A stretch of DNA of 64,000 nt from contig NC_068989.1 in assembly GCF_001194135.2 (NCBI RefSeq), positions 26,554,493 through 26,618,492 of the forward strand. Reading direction: 5' to 3'. The position numbers and the translations under genes are program-made. Below the pieces are notes generated by a model. The model saw only the letters and a program-made list of their open reading frames with translations, was not told the origin of the DNA and did no database searches. Below, piece by piece: positions 42,119 to 54,078 of this stretch; position 1 is the first letter of the stretch, and every line of letters starts with the position of its first letter. The stretch is from Octopus bimaculoides (lineage: Eukaryota).

Positions 42119-42290
42119 GTGAAGTATATTGCCACTTAAATGTGGCTGACCGCTAGGGGTGGATGTTACTGTTGCTTTTAGCCCCCGGAGGACATCTCCT
42201 CCAGCTGGCTTATCGACACACTTCTGTGTCCTGTTTGTTTTGCCAAGGGAAGTTATCCCTCTCATCGTGATCTGTAGCACGAACGGACCC
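42119..42290 (+). repeat. Copy of the GTGAAG repeat family, plus a rearranged mini-copy at 42470-42512
   Basis: gtgaagtatattgccacttaaatgtggctgacc...gacatctcctccagctggcttatcgacacac. Confidence 0.85.
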
Positions 42291-42641
42291 GGGTTTCAGG
42301 GATATTTCCCTTCGTCAGCGTCCGATAGTCACTGATCGGCGATGACAGAGATAAATTCTTGGCAACCTTATGTACCTTTTTCCAGTGAAATTCTTCACTG
42401 ATATCGAAAAAGTGAAAACAAGCAATGTTAATTCTCTAAATTAGGTATTAACAGTAACTGCACGATAAAGTGAAGTATATTGCCACTTAAATGTGTCGAT
42501 AAGCCAGCTGGAATTAAGGTCAAGGTATTAAAGAAATATATCTATTCTATAGTATATTTAGAATAATACAAGGAAACACTAAAGTACTAAGTTTAAAACT
42601 ATAGGGAACATTAATAAGTAAATTAGAACAAGATAAATATA

Positions 42642-42907
42642 CAGGGATTAGCATTGAGTTGCTTCTCCAATATTTGGACTGAAGATTGGAATAGTGAAAT
42701 TTTCATTCGCTTAACCATGAAACGATTCGTATCCAATTAACTAAAGACTTGTTTTGTTTACGCTTTTCCCTCCGGTTTTTTGTTCTATGTGTGCCATAAA
42801 TATCGCCATCCGTTTAGAGAAAAATTTGTAGTTTAGAATCAGTAGTTCTTTGACTGCTATTTCTAAATTTTCAGTATGTTGGAGAAGCAACTCAATGCTA
42901 ATCCCTG
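42642..42907. mobile_element. 266-bp MITE (Tc1/mariner-type; CAGGG termini, TA TSD)
   Basis: Perfect inverted repeat taaatatacagggattagcattgagttgcttctccaa (42634-42670 / 42879-42915), i.e. 29-bp TIRs inside TA flanks; no ORF. Confidence 0.85.
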
Positions 42908-43023
42908 TATATTTATGATGATAAATGGTTTTACCGATAAAGGTTTTTTCATACTGAACTACTTGGCAAACTTGTTAATTATTAATTCTATTATTAATTG
43001 ACGATTCCCTGCCCTTATTCTTG

Positions 43024-43061
<38 letters not shown>

Positions 43062-43298
43062 ATAATATAGATTTAATCAAAATATTAAATGTGGTACTTA
43101 AAATGTTTGGGGCACNNNNNNNNNNNNNNNNNNNNNNNNNNNNNNNNNNNNNNNNNNNNNNNNNNNNNNNNNNNNNNNNNNNNNNNNNNNNNNNNNNNNN
43201 NNNNNNNNNNNNNNNNNNNNNNNNNNNNNNNNNNNNNNNNNNNNNNNNNNNNNNNNNNNNNNNNNNNNNNNNNNNNNNNNNNNNNNNNNNNNNNNNNN

Positions 43299-43654
43299 CA
43301 ATATTTGGACTGAAGATTGGAATAGTGAAATTTTCATTCGCTTAACCATGAAACGATTCGTATCCAATTAACTAAAGACTTGTTTTGTTTACGCTTTTCC
43401 CTCCGGTTTTTTGTTCTATGTGTGCCATAAATATCGCCATCCGTTTAGAGAAAAATTTGTAGTTTAGAATCAGTAGTTCTTTGACTGCTATTTCTAAATT
43501 TTCAGTATGTTGGAGAAGCAACTCAATGCTAATCCCTGTATATTTATGATGATAAATGGTTTTACCGATAAAGGTTTTTTCATACTGAACTACTTGGCAA
43601 ACTTGTTAATTATTAATTCTATTATTAATTGACGATTCCCTGCCCTTATTCTTG

Positions 43655-43692
<38 letters not shown>

Positions 43693-43745
43693 ATAATATA
43701 GATTTAATCAAAATATTAAATGTGGTACTTAAAATGTTTGGGGCA
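43299..43745 (+). other. Apparently identical 447-bp duplicate of 42669-43115 across an N-gap (probable unmerged contig overlap)
   Basis: Sequence before the gap is repeated verbatim after it. Confidence 0.85.
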
Positions 43746-44602
43746 CCATTTCGATAAAATAATGTGTTGTAAGATATTTTCCTTTGTGTAGCTTCGTGTT
43801 TTCTTTGACAAGATCATATTTAATCTAGCTAAATGCACCAGAATACGATCCGCACAAAATTCTGTTGAAGCATTTGTTATAAAGACATATGTACTCTTGA
43901 ATGATTTGATAGAAATAACTAATGAAATAAGTCATACTTTCACATTGTCGTGTTTTGCATGCAATCCAAATATTTTCCAGCATATATATTAACGATGTCA
44001 TTCCAGGCATTTTGTGCTCATTTATTTTTCTGGCACAATGTATCACTAATCCGATCATTCATTCCCTGTATTTGGCTCAATAACATAAATGTAACATGGA
44101 TAATGAAAACATCTGCTCCAATTAAATAAAGTGACTGTTGTACTTGAAAGAAATGTCTTATTGTAAAGCATCAAAATGGTATCGGAAGCCTAATGATGAA
44201 ATTCTTGTGAAGGCATACGAATAAATATCTTTTAAATGGTACCTTTAAATTACAAAGGAAAAAATTTGGATTGCATGTAAAACACACGAATATGAATTTA
44301 TGACCTATCACATTAGTTATTTCTATAAAATCATTCAAGAGTACTAGTGTTTTTATAACTGATGCTTGAACAGAAATTTGTGCGGACCGATTTCTGCTGC
44401 ATTTAGCTATATGAAATATGATCCTGTCAAAGAAAACACGATGCTACACAAATGGAAATATCTTGAAACACATTATCGTTATCGAAATGGAATATTATGA
44501 GCTCATACTTTATACACTCTGAAAAAAATCGAACTAATTTGTGTAGTTTGGAGAATACGACAATCGCGCACTTTTATGCTAGTTATTACAGTTACGATAT
44601 AT

Positions 44603-44771
44603 AGGTATTGTGGCTTTGAGGTAAGAAGCTTGCTTCCCATCCACGTGGCTCCGGGTTCAATCCCACTGCGTGGTACCTTGGACAAGTGTTCTCTACTATA
44701 ATCTTATACCGACTGAAGCCTTGTGAGTGGATTTGCTAGACATAAACTGAAAGAATCCCTTCATGCATAAA

Positions 44772-44825
<54 letters not shown>

Positions 44826-45047
44826 GTGTGTGTGTGTATCTGTGTCTGTCTATGTGTATGAGTGTCTGTGTTTCTTTCCGGCTCCACAACTTGACAACCG
44901 CTGTTGGTGTGTGTATACTCCTGTAACCCAATGGTTCGGCAAAAGTGGTCGATAGAGTAGGTGCCGGACTTAAAAACGTACTGGAGTCTATACATTCGAC
45001 AATAAATCCGCAAGGCGGTGCACCAGCATGGCCGTAGTCTAATGACG
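44603..45047 (+). mobile_element. Near-complete bipartite SINE: tRNA head/core, internal (TA)n(TG)n, 3' module
   Basis: Head 44603-44765 similar to 24625 and 50034; microsatellite ~44770-44860; tail cttgacaaccg...ggttcggcaaaag...aaggcggtgcaccagcatggccg similar to the reverse complement of 11825 and 57835. Confidence 0.8.
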
Positions 45048-45055
45048 TATACATA

Positions 45056-45603
45056 CACAGACATGCAGGAAGTAAATAGACACCTTTAATTTTCAAATTT
45101 TCTAATCTAAGCGTCTTAATATGTTTTCAGCGGTGTAATTCCAAATGCCATTCTATAAAGCATTTGCTTAGAGTAACCATGTCACGCACAAACAATTCAG
45201 GAGAACTGTCAGATTTTCAAAGTGGTCTATTTTTTGGGCAATCCGAGGCTGGTCTTAGCTAGCGAAAAATTGCCGAAATTCTTCAAATTCCTCTTGCTAC
45301 TGTTAATAAAATTATAGTGCAATTCAAAAGCCAAGGAAAAGAATCAACAGATTCTCGTTCCGGCCGACCTGGGCCCTCGGAAGGGAAGCTTCGCTGTTTG
45401 AAGAGAATTGTGGAAAACGTACCCCGTTCCAAGACTTCTGGTTTTGCAAAACAGGTAGACGTTAGTCCAAGAACGTGTGTTACATATCTGCATAAACTTG
45501 GGGATTATGGACGAGCAGCTAGAAGAAAACCTCTCCTTCAACTAATTAATATCAAATAAATGATTTGGAAATTAAAGGTGTCTATTTTTACTTCCTGCAT
45601 GTC

Positions 45604-45607
<4 letters not shown>
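45056..45607 (+). mobile_element. Internally deleted Tc1-like transposon (552 bp) retaining the N-terminal DNA-binding region
   Basis: ~40-bp TIRs cacagacatgcaggaagtaaa(aa)tagacacctttaattt; ATG at 45179 MSRTNNSGELSDFQSG...[15 protein letters not shown]...SRSGRP...[10 protein letters not shown] (HTH, GRPR-like and RRKP motifs); catalytic domain absent. Confidence 0.9.
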
Positions 45608-45645
<38 letters not shown>

Positions 45646-45829
45646 TGCATACATACATACAATATATATGCACACACATATATACATGTATATGTGAATA
45701 AATATAAACCTCATATAGGGATAGTTTTATCCAAGATATACTGGTTTAATATAGTATACTTTGAAGACGCAATTCTTAAATAAATATACTAGGCTTTATT
45801 TTTTAATATACTCAGGCCATTTCCCACAT

Positions 45830-47342
45830 TTTAGGGGGGTGAGCCACAACAAGACACACAAGAGGCAAGCTCCGTTCTACGCTTCGGTCTAGGCATAGAA
45901 CGAAACTACCAGTATCAGAAGTATCAGCCCGACAGCATATGCTAGTGTACCCCTGCCGCATCAGTACGGTTTTGTATCCCTTTGATCAACATCAACTAAA
46001 TTCAACAGTCCACAACACTCTAAGCTTTCCTATCATTTATAAACTCTTTTGTCTCACTCACTACATCTCTAACTACCAAATCTTTCATCACTCTATTAAT
46101 CCACACAAACCGAGATATACCTCTGGTTCTGCTGCCTACTATTTCAGCCTTCATCACCCTCCTTATAATGCACTTTTCATCCATCTTCTCCGTGTAGTCA
46201 AAACACCTCAATATTCATCTAACGAAATTGTTGTCTTTTCGCTCATTCCTGCTCGACTTCACACTTCATCCTTCCTGATCCTGTCCGACTCTGTCACATC
46301 CACTATAGCCCTCAAACATCTCTTCTGAAACACATCTAGTCACCAACCCACCACCTCTCTTAGCCCCACGTCCTTACACCGTATAACATTTTCGGCATAA
46401 TCACGCCCTTACACGCATCTCTTTTCGCTTTCCTACTCAACCTTTTTTTCTCTCTGCGTACGTTTCACAAGTCCAAGTATCTTATTTCCCTCCCACACAC
46501 TATAACCCACTTCCTCAGCCAACACCTCATTCGTCGTCACATGTGATCCCAGATAATTAAAAACACTCACCTACTCCAACATCTCACCATTTATACTTAC
46601 ATCTAACCTACCAGCCACTCCATCTCACGAACATCTCATCACTTTACTCTTAGCTACGTTCACTTTTAGATTCCTCCTCTCACACATTCTTCCAAACTCT
46701 ACCACCAGTCTCCCCAGTTGCTCCCAAATCTGCCACCAGTGGTCTATCGTCAGCAAAGAACAGTTGATTCTCCTGCCTTTTCTCTCCATCTTCTCCCACC
46801 ATTTGGGTTCCCCTACCAAATGTTCTAGCATTTACCTCTCTCACCACGCCATCTATACATAAATTAAAAAGCCACGGAGACATCACAGAACGCTGTCTTA
46901 ACTCCATCTTNNNNNNNNNNNNNNNNNNNNNNNNNNNNNNNNNNNNNNNNNNNNNNNNNNNNNNNNNNNNNNNNNNNNNNNNNNNNNNNNNNNNNNNNNN
47001 NNNNNNNNNNNNNNNNNNNNNNNNNNNNNNNNNNNNNNNNNNNNNNNNNNNNNNNNNNNNNNNNNNNNNNNNNNNNNNNNNNNNNNNNNNNNNNNNNNNN
47101 NNNNNNNNNNNNNNNNNNNNNNNNNNNNNNNNNNNNNNNNNNNNNNNNNNNNNNNNNNNNNNCATAAATTAAAAAGCCACGGAGACATCACAGAACGCTG
47201 TCTTAACTCCATCTTTACATCAAACCATTCACTTACTTCTCTACTCACCCTAACACACGTCCTACATTCTCTATAAAAAATTTGTACCACACTCAACAAT
47301 CTACCATCTATACCATACAACCGCAACACCTGCCACATTGGA
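45830..47342 (-). mobile_element. RTE-clade LINE, 5'-truncated relic (RT domain to 3' end)
   Basis: MWQVLRLYGIDGRLL...ELRQRSVMSPWLFNL...LFFADD...CERRNLKVNVAKSKVM...FNYLGS; contains a gap with a 53-bp duplicated overlap. Confidence 0.85.
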
Positions 47343-47774
47343 TCCCTATCTTAAGGGGTCTGATCAAATGGACTGGGAATCCACTCCTCTTAGTAATCTC
47401 ATATTCGTAAAATGACAGCAAATATATTATACGAGTATTAAATATTATACGAATATTGAATAAGAAAATGGAGAGAAATAATGGATACAATTTAATTCTT
47501 TATTAATTAATATTGCCTACTATTGTTTCCATTTACACTCAATATAAATTACAAAATATATTTAATAAAATAAATTAATTTTCAGCTTTTTAAAATTTCA
47601 AGTGAAATATCTTCAGGCCAAAAAGGACATTAAGGAATTTACATGTGAATCAGTTGTGGTACTCCAACAGATTAAGTACATGAAAGTATTTTCAGCTCTT
47701 TGTGCGTGCGTGTGTGTGTGTGTATGTGTGTGTGTGTGTGTGCGTGTGTCCGCGCGTGCGAGTGTGCGCGCGTG

Positions 47775-48493
47775 CGTTAATATTTAATTGAAATGTAGTA
47801 ATCATAAAATTATTTGAATATAACATTAATAAATTCAAGTATATTAAAATAAATGACGAAACTAAATATTAAGAATAAAAATAAAGTTTACAAGTAAAAA
47901 TGAATATGAGAAATAAAAGCAATAAAATAATTATATNNNNNNNNNNNNNNNNNNNNNNNNNNNNNNNNNNNNNNNNNNNNNNNNNNNNNNNNNNNNNNNN
48001 NNNNNNNNNNNNNNNNNNNNNNNNNNNNNNNNNNNNNNNNNNNNNNNNNNNNNNNNNNNNNNNNNNNNNNNNNNNNNNNNNNNNNNNNNNNNNNNNNNNN
48101 NNNNNNNNNNNCATATATATACATATATATACATATATATATACATATATATATATAGAGAGAGGATTAAAAAAAAATTAAAATAAAATCTTCATACATA
48201 TGGATTCCATGGTTTATTTCAATTCGTGTGTAAGTGTGTGTACGTATAAAAATAAAAGATGAAATATAAAGATAACGTATGAATAAAATTTAATAAACAT
48301 GAATGTCTATTCTCTATTTGTGTTTGTGTGTGGTTGTATGTGTGAGTGTATATTGATGCTTACTATGTATGCTAATTTATGTGTGCGTATGCGTGCATGT
48401 ATTTTATTAAGATTGTCGAATCAAAGCGGTTTATCAATATATAGGGTTACATATGACGGATGTACATCTTCCCTTTTAGTTTATGTGTGTGTA

Positions 48494-48566
<73 letters not shown>

Positions 48567-49427
48567 CTGTGTGTTTGTGTGCATGAATATTTACTGCCTA
48601 AGTTAATTTCTGTGCATGTATGTATAATATGTATGTTAGTAACTGATTATCTAATCAAAACATTTTTTATATATGCCTTCGTATATAATTTTAGAAAAAG
48701 TTAATCATAATATTCATTAATTATAATTAATTATATTTATATTTGCATATATTTAGACAGTGGAGGCGCAATGGCCCAGTGGTTAGGGCAGCGGACTCGC
48801 GGTCATAGGATCGTGGTTTCGATTCCCAGACAGGGCGTTGTGTGTGTGTTTATTGAGCGAAAACACCTAAAGCTGCACGAGTCTGCTGTACTCTCTCACT
48901 ATTACTTTCTGTTGTGCCTGTAATTCAAAGGGTCAGCCTTGTCACACTGTGTCACGCTGAATATCCACGAGAACTACGTTAAGGGTACACGTGTCTGTTG
49001 AGTGCTCAGCCACTTGCACGTTAATTTCACGAGCAGGCTGTTCCATTGATCGGATCAACTGGAACCCTCGACGTCGTAAGCCACGGAGTGCCAACAACAA
49101 CATATTTAGATGTATCGACATATTAACTGTAGAAAATGATAATCTATGATAGATACCCCAAAACAATTATGCAATTTATTATAGCATAAAACAGTAAGAT
49201 AAAATAGTGTATTTATATTTACGAGTGTATAATTGTTTGAAAACAAAAATAAAAATAATAAAGGTAATTCATTACACTTGATAATAAATAAGTATATATA
49301 TATTTATATCGATATTCATATTAATCTAATAATAAAAATTAGAGTTATTAATTCATATTTTTATATATATCTCCGTACATCTAAGTGTGTGTGAGAAATC
49401 ACACACTCACACACACACGCCCATATA

Positions 49428-49479
<52 letters not shown>

Positions 49480-49539
49480 TATATATGCATATATATATAT
49501 ACATACATATACATGCCTACTTTACACGCATCTAAGATT

Positions 49540-49576
<37 letters not shown>

Positions 49577-50034
49577 GTATATATGTATGTAAGTATCAAG
49601 TTTTATTCGTTATTAATTAATAAATCGTTATTAATTAATCTAATAATACAATACAACAAATTTCAGATTGAAATATATCTATTGCGAACACTAATATTGA
49701 TGGCACAGACGCACACATAAATTATCTTTCATTTTTATACGAGCACTCACACACGAATTTAATTAAACCATAGACATCCATATGCATACTTCTTGTTTTA
49801 TTTTTTTATTTTCATCTTCATTTTTATTATTATTTGTCTTGTATATTTTTATATGTTTTTATAATTGCTATTTTATTACTTTTATTACTTTTACTTCTCA
49901 TTTTCATTTCTATTTTTAATCGTTATTATATTTTTAATGTTTATTTTAATCATTCATGTTTATATGCTTTAAGTTATCATCATTATTATATTGAAATAAT
50001 TATATGATTAGCATACTTACATAAAATATTAACG
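47775..50034. repeat. Long degenerate inverted-repeat pair (fold-back-like) around a SINE
   Basis: Nested inverted matches: 47775-47825 with ~49985-50034; ~47900-47935 with ~49860-49910; 48194-48260 with 49724-49787; 48373-48388 with 49709-49724. Confidence 0.65.
48758..49101 (+). mobile_element. Second copy of the 39877 SINE family, with 9-bp TSD and an internal deletion
   Basis: TSD atatttaga (48749-48757 / 49102-49110); (CAA)n tail; lacks the segment ...ggctccggcaggggatggtggcgaacc of copy 1. Confidence 0.9.
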
Positions 50035-50196
50035 GCGCAGGAGTGGCTGTGTGGTAAGTAGCTTGCTTACCAACCACACGGTTCCGAGTACAGTCCCACT
50101 GCGTGACACCTTCAGCAAATGTCTTCTACTATAACCTCGGACCGACCAAAGCCTTGTGAGTGGATTTGGTAGACGGAAACTGAAAGAAGCCCGTCG

Positions 50197-50197
<1 letters not shown>
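50034..50197 (+). mobile_element. tRNA-derived SINE 5' part (bipartite family) ending in (TA)n(TG)n
   Basis: ggcgcaggagtggctgtgtggtaag...cagtcccactgcg...gaccaaagccttgtgagtggatttggtagacggaaactgaaagaagcccgtcg. Confidence 0.85.
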
Positions 50198-50258
<61 letters not shown>

Positions 50259-51829
50259 AACATTATTAAGGGATCAGCAACACTTGCTTCACCACATACC
50301 GAAGTTGAGAAATAGCAGCTAAAGTGCGAAAACTCCAACAGATATCAATACTTGTAACTCACAAAGGCAAAACAAGAAGAAAAAAACAACGAAACTAACC
50401 AGTCTTAGTTAATCCTAGACGCGTTTTTGGATCAGAAGAGTAAAGACCTTCATTTCCGTCACAGTATGATATTCTAGTTTCCAAGTTTGAAGATACTGTC
50501 ATCCATGCATGCTCAACCCTCGATATCGTGCATCAACATAATATAACCACCACCTCCAAACATACATAGGACAGTCAGTCCTTTTAGAAGGGGGTGGGGA
50601 GGGTTTTCGGTAAATTCACCCGAATCCACTTCAATTCGTCTTAGCTTTCAGGAAAATGGATATTTTGTAATGAAATTGTCTACAAATATATCTCGGAATA
50701 TGTAAATTCCAAGCATATAGAATTTTTGCGGAGAACAATTGTAAATTGTAAATGTAAATTCCAAGTATATAGGATTTTTGCAGAGAATACTGGCGGCTGG
50801 ATCGGAGCAAGTCGTCCATATTTGTTTTAGATTCTCCGTTTTGTGCGTCCGTTTAAAACCCTTAACCCTAGTCGTAAAATTTCGGGAAAGAGATTGAAAA
50901 GTTAAGGAGTGGGTGTATAAAAATGACTAAAAGGAGATTTTGTGCATATTCAGAATCTCCATTGAAGACAAGGAATCTGTAGGAAAAAAAGCACAAAGGG
51001 GTGACATGCTTATTCTCAGGGTCATCACAAACAGACATATATATATATATGAGGAAAGAAGTTAAAACGAGAAATCATTCCATGGAATATAATGTTTATT
51101 ATAGAGATTATGTTACAAATTACACTTTACACACGAGCACGCACACACACACATAAGTATATATCATACACAAATAGAAAGCCGGGGAAGAATATAAAAA
51201 TGAAAGTAACTTTAGGAAAATTTTTTTATCTGAAATCGTCACAACTGTAATGATGTATACATACGTGTGTGTGTGTGCGTGTGTGTGTGTGGGTGTGTGT
51301 GTATGTGTGTGTGCTAATAGCTGGTTACTTAGTTACTATGTTGACACTGACGAAGCAGTTATATGAAAGTGTTGATAAGTCGAATTGCGCCAAGAATAAT
51401 CACATGGGATTCGAACGTCAAATATCAAGTCTTAATAAGGTGACTTGTTCCAAAATTGACCGAAGCATGTATTGGAAAAATCAATATATAATATACAGAA
51501 CCTCGTTTAATTAAATGAGAAAAAGGCGTCTATCTCTGCATGAGATTTTCTTTCTGACATGAAAGAACTTTTGGAAATTCTTTTTTATTAGAAATCATCA
51601 CAACTGTAATAATGTATACATACGTGTGTGTGTAAATAGCTGATTAGGACGCCAAAAGCAGGAGGTTCAAATACAGGAAGTTGAGAATATGATATATGTC
51701 GATAAATATTATTTTTAATAGAACAAAAATAAATCAAGACTGTATTATTCTTTCCAATGTCAAAGTATTCCTACACTCCAAGTATGGTATGGATTGATCG
51801 AGAGGCTTGGGCGTGCATGGAGGACTCAC

Positions 51830-51875
<46 letters not shown>

Positions 51876-52029
51876 TACTTACATATATGAGGAGAGAGAG
51901 AGAGACTGAGAGAGAAGGATAGAGACATACATAAATACATAACTTTTAAAATTCATTTTATTCGAAAATCCGTTGAATCTATAAGAACTTGTACGGTCGT
52001 ATCTATTTGTCGTGCTTTGGATTTAATTA

Positions 52030-52335
52030 TTGGATATTTTACAATGAATTTTCTTATTGTTTTGCCTGGAAAATACATATCCACTGTGTCCAGAATTCAA
52101 ATGACACGGGGAGATATTGATAAATCGGTTATAGCTGATCATGTATGGAAAAATGGAGACCACCTCCCCCTGTGGGATGAAGTTAAAATAATAAACAGAG
52201 AACACCACTGGAAAATACGAAAACTAAATGAAGCAGCACATATGCTAGGACACAACAACCACCTAAGCAGACCGAGTGCAGATATGATCAGCATATGGGA
52301 ATCGGTATTAAGGAATGATAGGAGAATATTAGATG
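52030..52335 (+). mobile_element. Penelope-like GIY-YIG C-terminal fragment
   Basis: ORF 52017-52340: KSVIADHVWKNGDHLPLWDEVKIINREHHWKIRKLNEAAHM...W, a typical PLE endonuclease tail. Confidence 0.7.
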
Positions 52336-52369
52336 TATAAGCCCTAAAATTTACTCCAAAATTGGCCAC

Positions 52370-52445
52370 GGGCATATGCCGTAGTGTTTAATAGCACGGG
52401 CTACTAACCCCAAGATTCTGAGTTCGATACCAGGCAGTGACAAGA
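52370..52445 (+). mobile_element. Short tRNA-derived SINE head or tRNA pseudogene with (TAA)n tail
   Basis: Degenerate A-box tgccgtagtgtt, anticodon-like loop ctactaa, B-box gagttcgatacc; followed by (AAT)n 52447-52471; cloverleaf imperfect. Confidence 0.55.
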
Positions 52446-52471
52446 AATAATAATAATAATAATAATAATAA

Positions 52472-52870
52472 CCCCAAGTATTAAGGACTTGAAACAGAAA
52501 TTGGCAAAATGTGGAAACTCAAGACAAAAAAACAATACCTGTTGTCATAGGTGTCAATGATAGCAAAAGGAACTGATTGTTACCTAGCTCAGATCCTAGA
52601 AAATAAAAAAAATGGTAGATATTCAAAAAATAGTGCTAATGGGATCTGCCCATATTCCACGTGCAATACTGTCTATGTAATTTTAAAACAATCTTATGAT
52701 TCGTGTTTTCTTAAACATTCTTAAACATTCTCTAGAGCAATACTTTGTGCCAAACCAAATATATGGCACCCTAGTCATCACGCCAACTTGAACATCTAAC
52801 TTGTTGCTTCTTGAGGTCTCTGGCTGAGACTTGGAATCAACTTGTACAAATACAAATCAGACTTCAAACA
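52472..52870 (+). mobile_element. R4/Dong-type LINE 3' fragment A
   Basis: KY*GLETEIGKMWKLKTK-TIPVVIG...IQKIVLMGSAHIPRAILSM*; 3'UTR motif tgaggtctctggctgagacttg; (TAA)n tail. Confidence 0.8.
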
Positions 52871-52930
52871 TATAATAATAATAATCATAATAACAATAAT
52901 AATAATAATAATGATAATAATAATAATAAT

Positions 52931-53273
52931 GACAACGTTTCTCTAAAAGAAATGGAAAAACTTTCAAAATACAAAGACCTGGAAATAGAGATAACTCGAA
53001 TGTGGAATCTAAAAACAGAAACAATTCCTATCATAGTAGGTGCCTTAGGTATAATAAAAAAATATTCAGACAAATACATAACAAAAACACCAGGACTTAC
53101 AAATATATATAACATACAGAAAATTGCACTACTGGGTACTGCACACATTCTACGCAAAACACTTTCAATACAGTAAACATAAGAGCACCACAGCAAACCA
53201 CAGCACATACCCAAGGCGCACAGAGCTGCGCTCGGTAGTGAAGTGAAAGCACGTTATAAAAATAAAACTACTG
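52931..53273 (+). mobile_element. R4/Dong-type LINE 3' fragment B (young)
   Basis: ORF 52811-53176 ends NVSLKEMEKLSKYKDLEIEITRMWNLKTETIPIIVGALG...IQKIALLGTAHILRKTLSIQ* with no lesions; (TAA)n tail. Confidence 0.9.
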
Positions 53274-53291
53274 AATAATAATAATAATAAT

Positions 53292-53563
53292 ACTTAGCTT
53301 GGGAGGTTAAGCAGTTGTGGTTGATGAAAAAGGTGATAGTAGTACCAATTATTGTCGGAGCCCTGGGAGCAGTGAGTAAAAATCTTGAGAAGTACGTGGA
53401 ACAAACAGGGTTGCAATAAGGGTGGAGCACTTGCAGAAAAACAGCAGTGATTGAAACCGCTAGAATACTCCGGAAGGTGCTCGAAAAATAAAGGGTGTTA
53501 CCTTAGTTCACTGGTAGTGAGCACCTGGCACCGTACTGCATCTCCTGTGCAAAGGCAATAAAA
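53292..53563 (+). mobile_element. R4/Dong-type LINE 3' fragment C
   Basis: LAWEVKQLWLMKKVIVVPIIVGALGAVSKNLEKYVEQ...LQKTAVIETARILRKVLEK*; (ATG)n tail. Confidence 0.8.
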
Positions 53564-53634
53564 ATGATGATGATGATGATGATGATGATGATAGTAATAA
53601 TAATAATAATAATAATGATAATAATGATAATAAT

Positions 53635-54028
53635 ATCTGTCGGCTGGATATTGTCATATTGGGTAAGAGAGACAAATACTGTCAGATCCTTGATGTAGCC
53701 ATACCAAATAACATGTATGTTGCGAGTAAAGAGGTTGAAAAAAATTACGAAATACTCGGAATTGGAAGTGGACATGGCAAGACTGTATGGAATGCGAGAG
53801 GGTAATGTAAAAGTGACACCACTGGCGATCGGTTCGTTGGGCTCAATCTTATTCAAACTTCAAAACTTCTTAAGGCAACTAGAAATCTCATGCAAGATTG
53901 ATGCGTTGCAAAAGAAGCCTTCTTGGGCACAGCGCACATTTTAAGGTATTATCTGTCTGAGGTCCTTGTTGTGACTCGATAGATGACTAAAGACTCCGGT
54001 GCGTTTTTACCTTCACTATGTTACGAAG

Positions 54029-54029
<1 letters not shown>
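53635..54029 (+). mobile_element. R4/Dong-type LINE 3' fragment D including the restriction-like endonuclease core
   Basis: CRLDIVILGKRDKYCQILDVAIPNN...KEVEKITKYSELE (PD..D..K RLE motif)...LAIGSLG...LQK-AFLGTAHILR; (TAA)n tail. Confidence 0.85.

Positions 54030-54078
<49 letters not shown>

Noticed and set aside
43299-43745. 447-bp perfect tandem duplication, and a 53-bp one at 46858-46910 / 47163-47215
   Set aside because: Identical sequence on both sides of an N-gap is the usual signature of unmerged contig overlaps, not biology.
52370-52445. Functional tRNA gene
   Set aside because: A-box and stems are degenerate and it runs straight into a (TAA)n tail; better explained as a SINE head or pseudogene. 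The tRNA-like heads at 24625, 39877, 48758 and 50034 are likewise SINEs.
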